Shown: positions 11,901 to 19,159 of the stretch, one piece after another
Layout: each line of letters opens with the position of its first letter
How positions within the stretch are numbered: the stretch's first letter is position 1
Assembly: GCA_964364855.1 (NCBI GenBank)
Contig: CAYINU010000004.1
Coordinates: forward strand, 1 to 45,874
DNA length: 45,874 nt
Direction: 5' to 3'
DNA from: an uncultured Candidatus Marinamargulisbacteria bacterium
Lineage (GTDB): Bacteria > Margulisbacteria > Marinamargulisbacteria > CAYINU01
Notes under the pieces: model-generated
Told to the model about the DNA's origin: nothing
Seen by the model: only the letters and a program-made list of their open reading frames with translations
The model's database searches: none
Program-made: the position numbers and the translations under genes

Positions 11901-14900
11901 TTGGTGATCGTAAAGGACACGTTTATCAAACCCGGTTCGCCCCGTCATACCCCACATTTCCTGGCTCAATTGGCGCCAGTTGCTAAACTGACCCGGAATA
12001 CCCAGAAGGGTCTTGAGCTTGGTTTTAAATTGGTTTCTGCGAAAGGTGGTTTCGTAGTCTTTGGCGCGCTCCGCGGCTTCCATCAGACATCCCATGCGCA
12101 CCGGATCTGCCGCATGCATTTGGTCAAACGCATCTCGCACCCGCTCCACAATATCTGCATCGCCGCGCCCTGCCCATTTAAGCTTGCCGTAAATGGTGGT
12201 CGATCCCAACATATTCCACGCCAGGCCAGGCTTACGCATGGCCACCGACGCCTGGGGCATTTTTTCCATAAACCGCAACATGCCTTCGGCATCCAACTTG
12301 GTAACGCCATGGGCATCGGGGGGGGAGGTGAAGGCCTTGACCACCAGCTCCATTTTTCCCAACGGGCTGGAGTCATCTGCAGCCAGTACGTTGGCAGCCA
12401 GCTGGCGAATAGTGTCATCCGAGCTCCGCATCAGCTCGGCATACAGCCCGGTAATGCGGGCAGCGGATCCACCACCATCGCGTAAAGCTACCGTTTCACG
12501 ACGGGATACGGTGGCCATGATCTGAGCCAAATCTTTGGTGATGTTATTGATTTGGGCATCGGTGAAGCCCGTCATCAATGCGCTCAACTGCGACATCACC
12601 TGGGCACGGGTGGCCTCATTACCTTCGGACGCCAGGATGGCGACAAAAGATCCCGCCGTCGAAGAGGTGTAGTTTTGGAAAAAGTCGCTGAGAGGGGTAT
12701 TGAATCCGGACATATTCAGGAAGGCTACTTTTAACTGGCCTCTCAAACCGCTGGCTTGCAACGCGCCCTTTTCCTCGTCTGCCAAGATCTTCAATGCCTT
12801 TGCGTACGTTGTTTTTTCCTTCATAAACGCCACGAGCGCGGCCTGTTGGGCCTCTGAAGAAAGGCCTTCCAGATTGGGAAAGGCCGGTTCACCGTCCTGC
12901 AGCACTTTTGTCAGGGTCCGGCCGTCGCCCATATCCTTATTAAGTTTCGCCGATGCGTCGTAGTCTTTGGTGTCTGGGCGTTTTTGGACACGGGCCATAG
13001 CACGGTCGACAAGCCGTTTCCCCACGCCCCGGCCCACATTCTCACCCACTTTTACGCTTAAGCGGTCCGCATCCCAAGTTGCCGATGTCACGATACCGTG
13101 ACGGAGCGCGGCTCCGAAATTTTTTCTGCCCACCATCTTCTCGTTCATCACATTCCGCATAAAGCGCTGATAGTCATTCATCGCAGCTTGGAACGCCTCG
13201 GGGGTTTTTGCGGAAATGGCTTTTTCCAGTAGCTCCGTGGCCTTGTTATTCAACCACTCACCCTTGGGGGCTGCGCTACTGCCACCCTGCTTTTTGACCT
13301 GCCCCGCTAACTTTTCCAGAGCCGCTTTTATGGCATTGGCAAAAACAGAGATGTTTCCTGCGATCTTGGTCCAAAAATCCGTCATGGTATTTGCGTTTTG
13401 CGCTGCAAAAAGCGAGCGGTACCAAGAGGCCTCCATGGCACCCACCGCGATGGCCGCAGCTCCGGTAGGGGTAGCCGAAGCCCCCATCATGACGCCGATC
13501 TCCGCCCCGAATTGGGCCGCCCGTTGGCCATTACGGCGATACTGCTGGGCCGCCTCTTTTATTTTCTGGGTAAATACTTCATGCAGAATCGTTCTGACGA
13601 GGTCCTGGATCAGGGCCATCGTGACATTTACGATAATGGCCACCGCTCGCTTGGCCCGGCTGGCATGCCCCGCAGCAGTTGCCGATGGCGATGGCCCAGC
13701 CGCGGAGGGGGTGGTCGTCGTGGTGGCGGGTGCAGGCACGGCATCCGCTGCCACAGTGGTGGCTGTCGGCGTGCCATCCGCTGCCGCCACATCCGCTGCC
13801 ACGGTCTGTCCGGTAGACTCGACGCCCTTGGTGGATGTTTTGGCTGTAGCCGTCGATCCCGCACCCAAGGTCGCCATCTGGATAATAAACATAATAATGG
13901 CCACGACCAGCTCGATACCGGCCAAAACCGCGTCTCGCCGGCTGCTGTAGCGTTCGTTGGTAATACGGTTGATCAGTTCGTCCTTGGCCTGGATATTGGC
14001 AAACTGAAATTCCGAAACGCTTTGCTGGTACTTCACCATGTTGCTCAATACACCCATGGGCAAACCGGCCACGCCGCCCCCGGACAAAGCGCTCGCCACA
14101 TCCGTGATCATGGCAAGTACCGTCTCTACCGCCCGCAAAATGGCGGTTCGCACCAGTTGGTTATTGCGAATGGCGATCTTGGTAGCAGCCCAGTTTTCCC
14201 AGTTCATATTGACACCGGCAAATCCATTGGTGGAGTTGCCATACATCACACGGCGGTCGGACCGGTTTTCGTACAACGATCCGATTAAGCGAAAATCTTC
14301 CGTAACGTTACCGATAGCCGCACTGGCTGATTCAAAGAATCCATCTCCTGTGGGCGTATACACCGTTTGGGTAGAGGACCCATATACCGAACCCAAGGTC
14401 GTAGCATTGCTCTCTAGCGGGGCTATCGCCCACCCGTGAGTCCCGGAAAAGATGATATTCGAGAGCGGCTTGCCGATGGCAGAAGTCAGCATGAATCCGA
14501 ACAACATGTTGTAGTCCGAACGGGCATATTCCATGGACGCATTAAACTGCATATTGTTGAGTTCTCCACGATCCGTGGCCAACATCTTCATATAGCCGAG
14601 ACTTTCCATCCCCAGCTGACCGTGCCGCTCTACCGCGGCCTGGGCATAGTTTGCGGAGTCCAGTGACATCGTCGCCCGTCCTTTTACTTGCGCGGCAACT
14701 GACATGATCATGGAGGCAACATAGCTTTGTGCAAACGCGCGGGCAAATCGTCGCATCTGGATATCGGCCAAGCGTTTTGCCGCTTGATTGAAAAAGTCAT
14801 AGTCCACGCCCCCCGCGAGGTTCCCCCCCGTCGTACCCGCAGACGGGGCCACGCCGTCGCTAACACCCGGACGAATGACAGTGCCAGAGAGCCCGTAGGC

Positions 14901-17900
14901 AGAGTCCCCCGTCGCGATCAAGTCGCGGTTAGAGGCCTCCCGCAAGATGTTGAGTTCTTCCCATTGGTCATACAGGTCGGGTTGGGTTTGACGATTATAA
15001 GGGTTGGCTGCCGCCAACCCAAAATTCGAGCCTCCCAGGGCACCTGGGTTGCAGTTACCCGAAGAATAGGGGTTGTAGTTGTAGTTTTCCCGGATCGCAT
15101 TCGCAGGACCTGCCGTCTGGCCCACGCCAGGCCATAGGTTCCAAAAAGAGTTTCTAAATTGCACATTTTTTTGGTATCGGGTTTCGGCCACGCGGGTATT
15201 GGTACGATTGGCCCAAACCAACTGGTTCAGGTCAAAATTGACCAATTGCATCACGGTGCTGAGCATACCAAATCGTTCTTCGATAATGTCTTTTTCCTTG
15301 CCGCCCCACTCCGCTTTTTGACGTCCGGCCATATCGGCAGCAGCGGTGCGGATGGCATCTGCGATGAGCATCTGAACCATGACCCAGGATCGGATGGCCT
15401 CCTGAGCCAATTGCAGGCGGATGCGAATTTGCATTTGGCTATTGCGGTTGATGGATAGGCGGCCTCCTCCGACATTGATCATTTGATTCTCCAGGTTGAT
15501 CATGTCGTTCATTGCCGCTCGTTCAGCATTGAGGTTGCGGCGCAATTGACGCTCCGCATGGGTTAGCCCCGGTGCATTTTCATCCAACGCCGGAACCCCA
15601 TATCCCGCATTGAGCAGTTGCTGGTAGTTGGCCTGATTCAATTGATCCGGGGCAGCTTCTTGGGCCGTGCCGTTCGCCAAATCCCGGCTGCGGGCAGACT
15701 CCCCGATGCCAAATAACCCCGCCACAAAACCACACACAATGGCGATAACACCCACAACGGCAGCGGCTACCGCACCCACTCCCGACATCGCCAACCCCGC
15801 AGCAACAATACCCAGCACTAAAGCAATAGCATTAAAAATGCTTTGGAAAGCCCGCAGGATCCGCCGTCCCAAGTCTTGGAGCTGATGAAGTTCTATTTCC
15901 ATACTCTTGATGGTATTTCGAAGGCTCATTTCAGTTTGGGAATAGGTTTGTACCTTGCTCAGCCAGGTTTGCTCGAGGTTCATGCGGGCTTGCTCAAACG
16001 AATAGGCGGCCATTCCGACCTTTTTGCCGGATGTGACTTTCCGGCCTGTGCCCGCCGCATCAGCCAGCTCCTGGGCCGCACCTTCGATCGTCGTGATCAA
16101 AATTTCTTGAACCATAAACCAGGCTTTGCGATGCTCGTTCATGATTTGAATGGATTGACGGGTATTGGCAAACAAGCCTGAATTGAATCGGTTGTACCCT
16201 GCACTACTGCCCGCGGTGGTATCCACATGGCCATCGGCCGAGAAAACGGCATTCGTTCGGATTTGGTCTCGGGCGGACTGTTGATTGATCGTGCCTGTCT
16301 GATTAAAGGCACCGCCCAAATTGTTGGCTTGGCTGCCGTCAGCCAGATATTCGGCGCCCAGCATCTGGATGCGGGTGTTGGTCACGGACCGGCGGTTGGT
16401 TTGCACGATATTGGCATAGGCCGTCGTGGCAGCAATCTTCTCCATTTGTTTTTGAATTTTATCTTCATCCGCTAGCCAAATGTCTTTGCATGCCGAATTC
16501 ATGCCGGAGTGGGCTTCTTCAATCTCCTCCATCGCCTCGCGGTATTCGGCCTCGTTGTAATCGTCGATGGCCTGGACAAAAAGATCCTGCATTTGGCCAC
16601 TGGTCTCACTGACTTTGCTGGTATATTCACCAAACTTTTCTTGGACCTTTTTGCGCGCAGCCGAATGACCTTCCCCATACACACCGGTCATGTCGAAAGC
16701 CGATTTTTCGATAATATCGGCGACCAGATACGCAATCGACATAAACGTGGTCAAAATCTGCATCTGCATCAAGATGCGCTGATAGTCGGTTTGGATGCGG
16801 TCATAGTTTAAAAGGCGGTACCGGGTATTTCCTGAAGCAGGCGCGTAACTCCAATAGGGGCTGTTGGTGTTTTCGGTGTTGAGATTATTAAAGTAATTGT
16901 TAATGTTGGTCTGGAGGTTGCCAAACGAATTGGCCCCGGAAAACATGGCTGCCTCGATTTGCCGGAGCAGCGGAGGAGTCGTATTTTGCGAGGCAGTCGA
17001 AAAGCCGAGCAAGTCGTTTTGAGAGATGCCATCGCCCAAAACGGTGCCGTTGACCGAATAGGTGAAATAGAGCCGATACAGGCTGGATACGGTGGGTGCC
17101 GGCGCCTCGCTGACAGAGCCAATGACTTGACCCGTGGTCAAGTCCAGCGCGTGCACATTCCCTTGCGAATCGGTGTAGTTCAAGACGGTATGGCCCACTC
17201 CGGTATTCGTATTCAGATAAGCGGCCACCGAAACACGGCCTGCCGCCTCGGGGCCCAAGGCCGCAGCTGCCAGGCTGGCAGCCAGATTGGTCAGATCCTC
17301 GCAGTCGCCACCGCCCCGCAAAATCGTTTCTGCCGCAGTCGACCAATGGTCTTGGGCGTCGGCTTGGTATTGAAAATGGCTGACGACGTGATTGTAAATG
17401 GCCGTCATGATCTGGTCTTCGGTCAGGCCCATCATGCCGTTGGGAGGTGGGAAAATCTCCTGCAACAGAGACACCACAGCCGGGTCATCGGGATCGATAA
17501 ACGTATGGGATTGGGTGAAATCGATAGCCGGGGGTGGCAGGACCAAATTGGAAACCACATCCTGAAATCGGATGGTAGTGGAACCCGCCAAATTGGGCCG
17601 GGAGAGTGCAGTCGGTAACGTGCTGGTATCGATATAAGACGCCGCGGAAAACGGCACCACATTTCCGTTAAGGTTCACCGTTAGGACTTGTCCGTCTTGT
17701 AATTGAACCTGGATGCCCTGCTCGACTTGTCCGAAGTGGGTAACCCCCGAGAACAACTGAGACCCGGCAATCGTCCCGTCCAGCCGAAGCCGTTCGGCCA
17801 CTTGCGCCTGCAGATCCCGAATCTGAGTGGGCGTGAGCTGACCACGCAGGGCTTGGACCGACTGGAATGCCCGCCCCAAAATCCCCGCCGGGGTGGTATC

Positions 17901-18197
17901 GCCCGAAGCATGGGCTTGATTGACGATGACAGTGACAAAGGAGGCCAGAGAAGGGGCATGGCTTGATGCCTGCAGCGCCGAATTGGCAATGGACTGATTT
18001 TGTGCCGTGGCCGCTGAGGGGGTATCCAAAACCAAAGCCCCCACCTTAACCGTTCCAGTAATTGCGCCGTCTTCTTCGTCAACCAGATAGCCATGATCCC
18101 CGTCAGACAGCTTGCCCACTGCCTGGGTCGCCCGCGATACCATGTCGGCTATCGTGCGGTTGGCGATGGTGTCTCGAAACGAATTGATGTCCGCCAA
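2913..18197 (-). CDS. giant 5094-aa multidomain protein: transglutaminase-like (BTLCP/LapG-type) Cys protease + five translocator-like repeats + ~3400 aa unassigned helical region
   Basis: Uninterrupted 15.3 kb ORF; TTG start preceded by AAAGGGGA. Motifs DHWSTAAETILRGGGDCEDL, GHTVLNY and VHALDL give a Cys299/His336/Asp352 triad. Hydrophobic segments at aa ~787-832 and ~1423-1446. No Sec signal peptide seen. The CDS is secure; the translocator call is inference. Confidence 0.9.
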   Translation of the reverse strand: MADINSFRDTIANRTIADMVSRATQAVGKLSDGDHGYLVDEEDGAITGTVKVGALVLDTPSAATAQNQSIANSALQASSHAPSLASFVTVIVNQAHASGDTTPAGILGRAFQSVQALRGQLTPTQIRDLQAQVAERLRLDGTIAGSQLFSGVTHFGQVEQGIQVQLQDGQVLTVNLNGNVVPFSAASYIDTSTLPTALSRPNLAGSTTIRFQDVVSNLVLPPPAIDFTQSHTFIDPDDPAVVSLLQEIFPPPNGMMGLTEDQIMTAIYNHVVSHFQYQADAQDHWSTAAETILRGGGDCEDLTNLAASLAAAALGPEAAGRVSVAAYLNTNTGVGHTVLNYTDSQGNVHALDLTTGQVIGSVSEAPAPTVSSLYRLYFTYSVNGTVLGDGISQNDLLGFSTASQNTTPPLLRQIEAAMFSGANSFGNLQTNINNYFNNLNTENTNSPYWSYAPASGNTRYRLLNYDRIQTDYQRILMQMQILTTFMSIAYLVADIIEKSAFDMTGVYGEGHSAARKKVQEKFGEYTSKVSETSGQMQDLFVQAIDDYNEAEYREAMEEIEEAHSGMNSACKDIWLADEDKIQKQMEKIAATTAYANIVQTNRRSVTNTRIQMLGAEYLADGSQANNLGGAFNQTGTINQQSARDQIRTNAVFSADGHVDTTAGSSAGYNRFNSGLFANTRQSIQIMNEHRKAWFMVQEILITTIEGAAQELADAAGTGRKVTSGKKVGMAAYSFEQARMNLEQTWLSKVQTYSQTEMSLRNTIKSMEIELHQLQDLGRRILRAFQSIFNAIALVLGIVAAGLAMSGVGAVAAAVVGVIAIVCGFVAGLFGIGESARSRDLANGTAQEAAPDQLNQANYQQLLNAGYGVPALDENAPGLTHAERQLRRNLNAERAAMNDMINLENQMINVGGGRLSINRNSQMQIRIRLQLAQEAIRSWVMVQMLIADAIRTAAADMAGRQKAEWGGKEKDIIEERFGMLSTVMQLVNFDLNQLVWANRTNTRVAETRYQKNVQFRNSFWNLWPGVGQTAGPANAIRENYNYNPYSSGNCNPGALGGSNFGLAAANPYNRQTQPDLYDQWEELNILREASNRDLIATGDSAYGLSGTVIRPGVSDGVAPSAGTTGGNLAGGVDYDFFNQAAKRLADIQMRRFARAFAQSYVASMIMSVAAQVKGRATMSLDSANYAQAAVERHGQLGMESLGYMKMLATDRGELNNMQFNASMEYARSDYNMLFGFMLTSAIGKPLSNIIFSGTHGWAIAPLESNATTLGSVYGSSTQTVYTPTGDGFFESASAAIGNVTEDFRLIGSLYENRSDRRVMYGNSTNGFAGVNMNWENWAATKIAIRNNQLVRTAILRAVETVLAMITDVASALSGGGVAGLPMGVLSNMVKYQQSVSEFQFANIQAKDELINRITNERYSSRRDAVLAGIELVVAIIMFIIQMATLGAGSTATAKTSTKGVESTGQTVAADVAAADGTPTATTVAADAVPAPATTTTTPSAAGPSPSATAAGHASRAKRAVAIIVNVTMALIQDLVRTILHEVFTQKIKEAAQQYRRNGQRAAQFGAEIGVMMGASATPTGAAAIAVGAMEASWYRSLFAAQNANTMTDFWTKIAGNISVFANAIKAALEKLAGQVKKQGGSSAAPKGEWLNNKATELLEKAISAKTPEAFQAAMNDYQRFMRNVMNEKMVGRKNFGAALRHGIVTSATWDADRLSVKVGENVGRGVGKRLVDRAMARVQKRPDTKDYDASAKLNKDMGDGRTLTKVLQDGEPAFPNLEGLSSEAQQAALVAFMKEKTTYAKALKILADEEKGALQASGLRGQLKVAFLNMSGFNTPLSDFFQNYTSSTAGSFVAILASEGNEATRAQVMSQLSALMTGFTDAQINNITKDLAQIMATVSRRETVALRDGGGSAARITGLYAELMRSSDDTIRQLAANVLAADDSSPLGKMELVVKAFTSPPDAHGVTKLDAEGMLRFMEKMPQASVAMRKPGLAWNMLGSTTIYGKLKWAGRGDADIVERVRDAFDQMHAADPVRMGCLMEAAERAKDYETTFRRNQFKTKLKTLLGIPGQFSNWRQLSQEMWGMTGRTGFDKRVLYDHQTLYKSTYSFYGKNAKRLTDKMDAANQKLGIDIDTLIQNPDEIDRYFSALGKTTGTDFSDVAKRAREAMKGDKVLSYDSLSTMAKDHVLGSALADDISMMVYAGAKVPEKHLKDMVAFLSKNGIDLTQNPTFRRRMTELQTGMRFANEGERSASLANCLKRIDEGAQPLPREGAFNPLATIVSDPSTATPGAVGQFGRAGRDMRLMNWNQKARLAGQHLLTEAEGALGRLQQKVGQFGAGMTEEQLRAYRAHSVTGSKVVIKEQGERIQTALAKMLTQLGDPTGAAESAKQIMAASTMPQLQAAITAATSKLDARSAGWVRGAVTDIVRDFQTARFVTQAISVRTGPQSVMRRMMFDTLLDRPEDLMKRSKTLLDSQPDAEAAFDAATGPNSIFGIRDGIGRALAANQFDVDNILALPSVQALAAAGNIKPDRVRAIATGALNGASPEQLGGLGKLEKLLYNTVKDAKVVNDLVTGAYPTAADVLRLADHLNSSPVARHMMGSLQTNSQVRVVRQLIESGHGELTTAVLDSLPPTTRVSVLTQVLGDMETRFDAHQLNELRTGLDAIQHHDPRLLAEVASRQFMPRVLGPLADPTGALVSHLPAKLVTPYTAAFNATGTLAQRPQVLPLHDLGLSPGARVLDDIFDPADLQDRRMAAQTAMGWLADPQTHAGSLRELVQRLGELGDPRPLAVGGQALHNFGNFCVQLSAEQPPSVELRGALGPIAQILNQHNPAQMDHILQNLSQQLQPQDFVDRMIEEMMAATPTGAGALRTALSKAFPPNQAFAAFDPWLNTQPSAIQSLAISSITKEDLMNLGTDAVRERVWTSYQSGLDGLSNLAQDPALARFSDRIRDLQNVTPDQFNLDHVLGFSNVLNDAQGALGPLSPQTAALQSLTTEVDKALTEFGVELVKKGDPFSQDILNRMFTQAPHLTTAIHHAGRGNEGWGQKFAAIALMALTSIVKNFEEAEKDREERQKSGTTDEAADLRLGRLAGTYKFLLDAIRQSPPANLAVPQLLQPHEDRLNRVQDLRLRGEMEALLNTSRAGLAQVQAGLQPYTNELATFNALITDLYNAPATVNRDYYSGALMELDQSPLSPDMKTALSGFLTNRMKAFTTVDSLPVFQQINLGSPVLQGAIQEWVSTATEDDFLAGIQNNDAVLAYAIDHHLDRLAKLPLSGLIPVVQHAIRAEMQDALAKKWIQLAASETGQQQASGLLNMLGCWIANDRGGVSRTCNPEDLRSALSQLIPRANEWSLGAFLRVNVGQNTNLVDELVPQLFRERPRVLDRFFADPDMAVVDQNSILDRLTTLVTQPDAAQLSQLSDATVGLVLKRAWGKRAEHPGAFHKLLEAALQRPEVIAPFVSELPLDNLPMVLDFLGESTKTDESVRKGIYRLLDRMKTDDQFMPLLRQLMADPQIGPQMDPVLNDYPELLLGLSGLVPAIQPEDALLVGKLKDALQNADARERMITAFANTSDPRVLSNFLNVVGGIDEDFARTALTRLALDHPDVMVRLAWSLPKDGDARMDWAANAIQTCLVDPQTNWTVHQQLQLVGVLLGMDTHAFPQTGDYRNAVQQIQNWIVEHAAPSAGTEGAWQRYRPLIEAWQQSGHGKGALRQDLQRIADYMDVFQIQPNRNTLRKTLSDMAKDTRRFQDVIEMVGRSRWAAAPENVSFLSLLANHLQTEGEDRPNHPLQKVLAQVNVLAQVVAARALMLDLQLGTQQLDVALSQLAFGKPIQDLSELTKSLSDHVLKLQGDVKSAHIHKQDASVPHTAYQAFQALQAQVFHQRAAAAVREGSPLARTGTVDEQQRQSDINALARFRSPEELQAINVGVLRQFLSVFHPPLAQPVTPTAKQIIDAVDALPNNVSLSDHILQPTDINLLLPQLAAVPNSGLAIVGTYDPADIPDVMRQKLVCISVLSAMGQPLQNIDYDKLNGADFDGYLRSLNGNKNPADLYLKALKPTNSMVLNEELIERWLTTIMTRPTPISRKAAFEVPEELTKFLSDLYTRDPRAAEEIVVNMGRRMYDPDHLHGSLLKEGKVSLVLMPMTVAFHRVLMALSRKGDMSGSAALQHEVDLHRDYVVERYGSLFAKLPPDGPTRQKQIHTMQKLLDRFVELGDDRLTERILSEFEFHDVHVAHRVRLDAQIANWVTDFSRFITTDGLQYYRPEEMDAEAQLLGGAVGRAYLQLSLTDRQYVAKKLLDKCNAELQKAAKEASGDKATLADKARVQMLLGKFASLVRQTYVNDATLLSSGEQDRSGIQTLVQQAIIAASELPAGSLNDLAIASLGQMLAVSEMDFGQYPGLLERLASRLQVHGLGVLRESLIKEGARRAVQQLDMGLRQVVHRGNASHDVSQVTLAVSKAVSARETDEEILVPLLMQSGDDQVQVLEGLMGSDLRALTRVWQALTQSRDANARRLQGAFLTAVVADPALLKDLFLYMKSDDVARDGLLTVMRQLLTEQKELAAHQAALGAGQAQHPIPVTPLSTAAADYLSGHDRTTFVNTQNLTNGQDVLAKLIRGVFDFALADSQADPLGNEWMTHFLQSLAGVRESTPGLDPVQTRKAISYIFENCPDLFFHPAFNTDTDNYWAKMMSRNFFAPALRAPISPGKKHLGTPLNSMAGATMNGGFPPLLTRLIDEAKKNTDKRNHLFGLIRYVLLEEKQKYLTKNAILFKEQLINELAEHHPAFYLEFLSSSVLKPDKDEPDLLLGVSHELYSESQRDRMAELLLSAPPNTPGLQPGTPTLNLDEEKRAKCLAHLMIGNSADEPLIESRVRRYYDILARILARPNADAEAPDRFVRAVLAMQSILGQEPFQRVVLPKLNLLKADLINRGMSASVEGQWAAVELVHGIPTVNIADPQEVADVLRPTLSFLTSNQKQEAYLNAFLLEYARHQTPAQAEAVLRELRTMTGSPLLPGVGEDVQAAFRQEISHSARMAAYGQSTAVRRSPLDQVIATYKQKLTGLSAIERIERFETFFKQLHETVHRITSPVSVKVPGS

Positions 18198-18215
18198 GCG
18201 TATTATCCCCTTTGA

Positions 18216-19025
18216 TTAGGTCGACTGATCTATGATCGGCATTTCAAAGGCAGATTCTTGCATCGCGATCCATTGGTTGTACGGGTCCAAATAATCCTTC
18301 ATATCTGCAGACGGCGAAATGGTCTTTTCCACCACAAAATTGACAATGGCCGGCGTCACCATACTGGCAAAGGGGATGCCGTCTTTTCCCTTGATCTTGA
18401 CCAGCATCACGGGCCGCTGATGTTTGATGGCCATCATCAGTGAAAACGGGATGGGTCCCAGACCCACCCGCGCCCTTGCGCCCTCGACCAAGTTGAACCC
18501 CCGGGCCAGGTAGGGCTCCACGAAAAACGACTGATGTTGGTAGTCATGGATGGAAAACGGCTGGGGTTCGCAATACCCCATGATGTGGGTCAAAAAGTCC
18601 CGATCCGATTTCGCCACCGACCGCATAATGGCCCGCATGACAAAAAACAACGGGCAATTGGCATAGCGTAGTTGCGTCACACGAGACGTAAACCCCGGCG
18701 GAACCATCACCAGCTTTTTGTAGCCCAGTGCAGTGAAACCCAGCAGATATTCCACCGGGTCCTCGTAGGCGAATAGAATAATGGCCCCCTTCGCACGGGT
18801 CAGCGCCGGATCCCGCCGGACAAAAATGCTGTTAAAGGCAAAATACAGCCAGAGCCACCTCCGGTAAAACCGCGACAGGCGTTCGTGGTTGCCGGTAACC
18901 CGGTACATGATCCACATCGGCAGATAGGTCCCCCCAAAAACCAATACAAAAGGCACATGCTGCAAAAACAGCAAATAGGTAAAAAGGGTATCTGCTACCG
19001 TCCGCCATAACCAGGTAAAAATCAT
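18216..19025 (-). CDS. membrane protein with degenerate PlsC/LPLAT acyltransferase-like region, ~269 aa
   Basis: Start re-called to ATG 19025 (ATGA overlap with the upstream small ORF; track start 19115). N-terminal TM region; later segments VEGAR and MMAIKHQRPVMLVKIKG resemble PlsC PEGTR and LA...PIVPV.I.G blocks, but there is no HxxxxD. Confidence 0.6.
   Translation of the reverse strand: MIFTWLWRTVADTLFTYLLFLQHVPFVLVFGGTYLPMWIMYRVTGNHERLSRFYRRWLWLYFAFNSIFVRRDPALTRAKGAIILFAYEDPVEYLLGFTALGYKKLVMVPPGFTSRVTQLRYANCPLFFVMRAIMRSVAKSDRDFLTHIMGYCEPQPFSIHDYQHQSFFVEPYLARGFNLVEGARARVGLGPIPFSLMMAIKHQRPVMLVKIKGKDGIPFASMVTPAIVNFVVEKTISPSADMKDYLDPYNQWIAMQESAFEMPIIDQST
18233..18262 (-). promoter_or_regulatory. 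candidate sigma-28-family promoter for the giant gene
   Basis: TGCAAG-N15-TGCCGATCA within the 3' end of the upstream gene, ~35 nt before the TTG. The -10 part resembles FliA/SigD GCCGATAA. Confidence 0.4.
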
Positions 19026-19159
19026 GACAGCAGATATCCCACCAGGACCTTCAGCACCAAGATCAAGCCAATCACCAGACCGATAATGGTCGGCAATACC
19101 CGTAAAAACCGGCAAAAATAGAGCCGGACCAGGTCTTCGCGTTTAATCCGGTAGGTCAT
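19022..19159 (-). CDS. 45-aa small membrane protein
   Basis: MTYRIKREDLVRLYFCRFLRVLPTIIGLVIGLILVLKVLVGYLLS; AAAGG 7 nt upstream; overlaps the stop of the upstream gene and the ATG of the downstream gene. Confidence 0.5.
   Translation of the reverse strand: MTYRIKREDLVRLYFCRFLRVLPTIIGLVIGLILVLKVLVGYLLS

Noticed and set aside
2913-18197. RTX, Rhs/YD, FHA, NRPS/PKS or Ig-repeat adhesin identity for the giant
   Set aside because: No GGxGxD nonamers, YD repeats, adenylation/KS motifs or beta-rich repeats seen; composition is helical.
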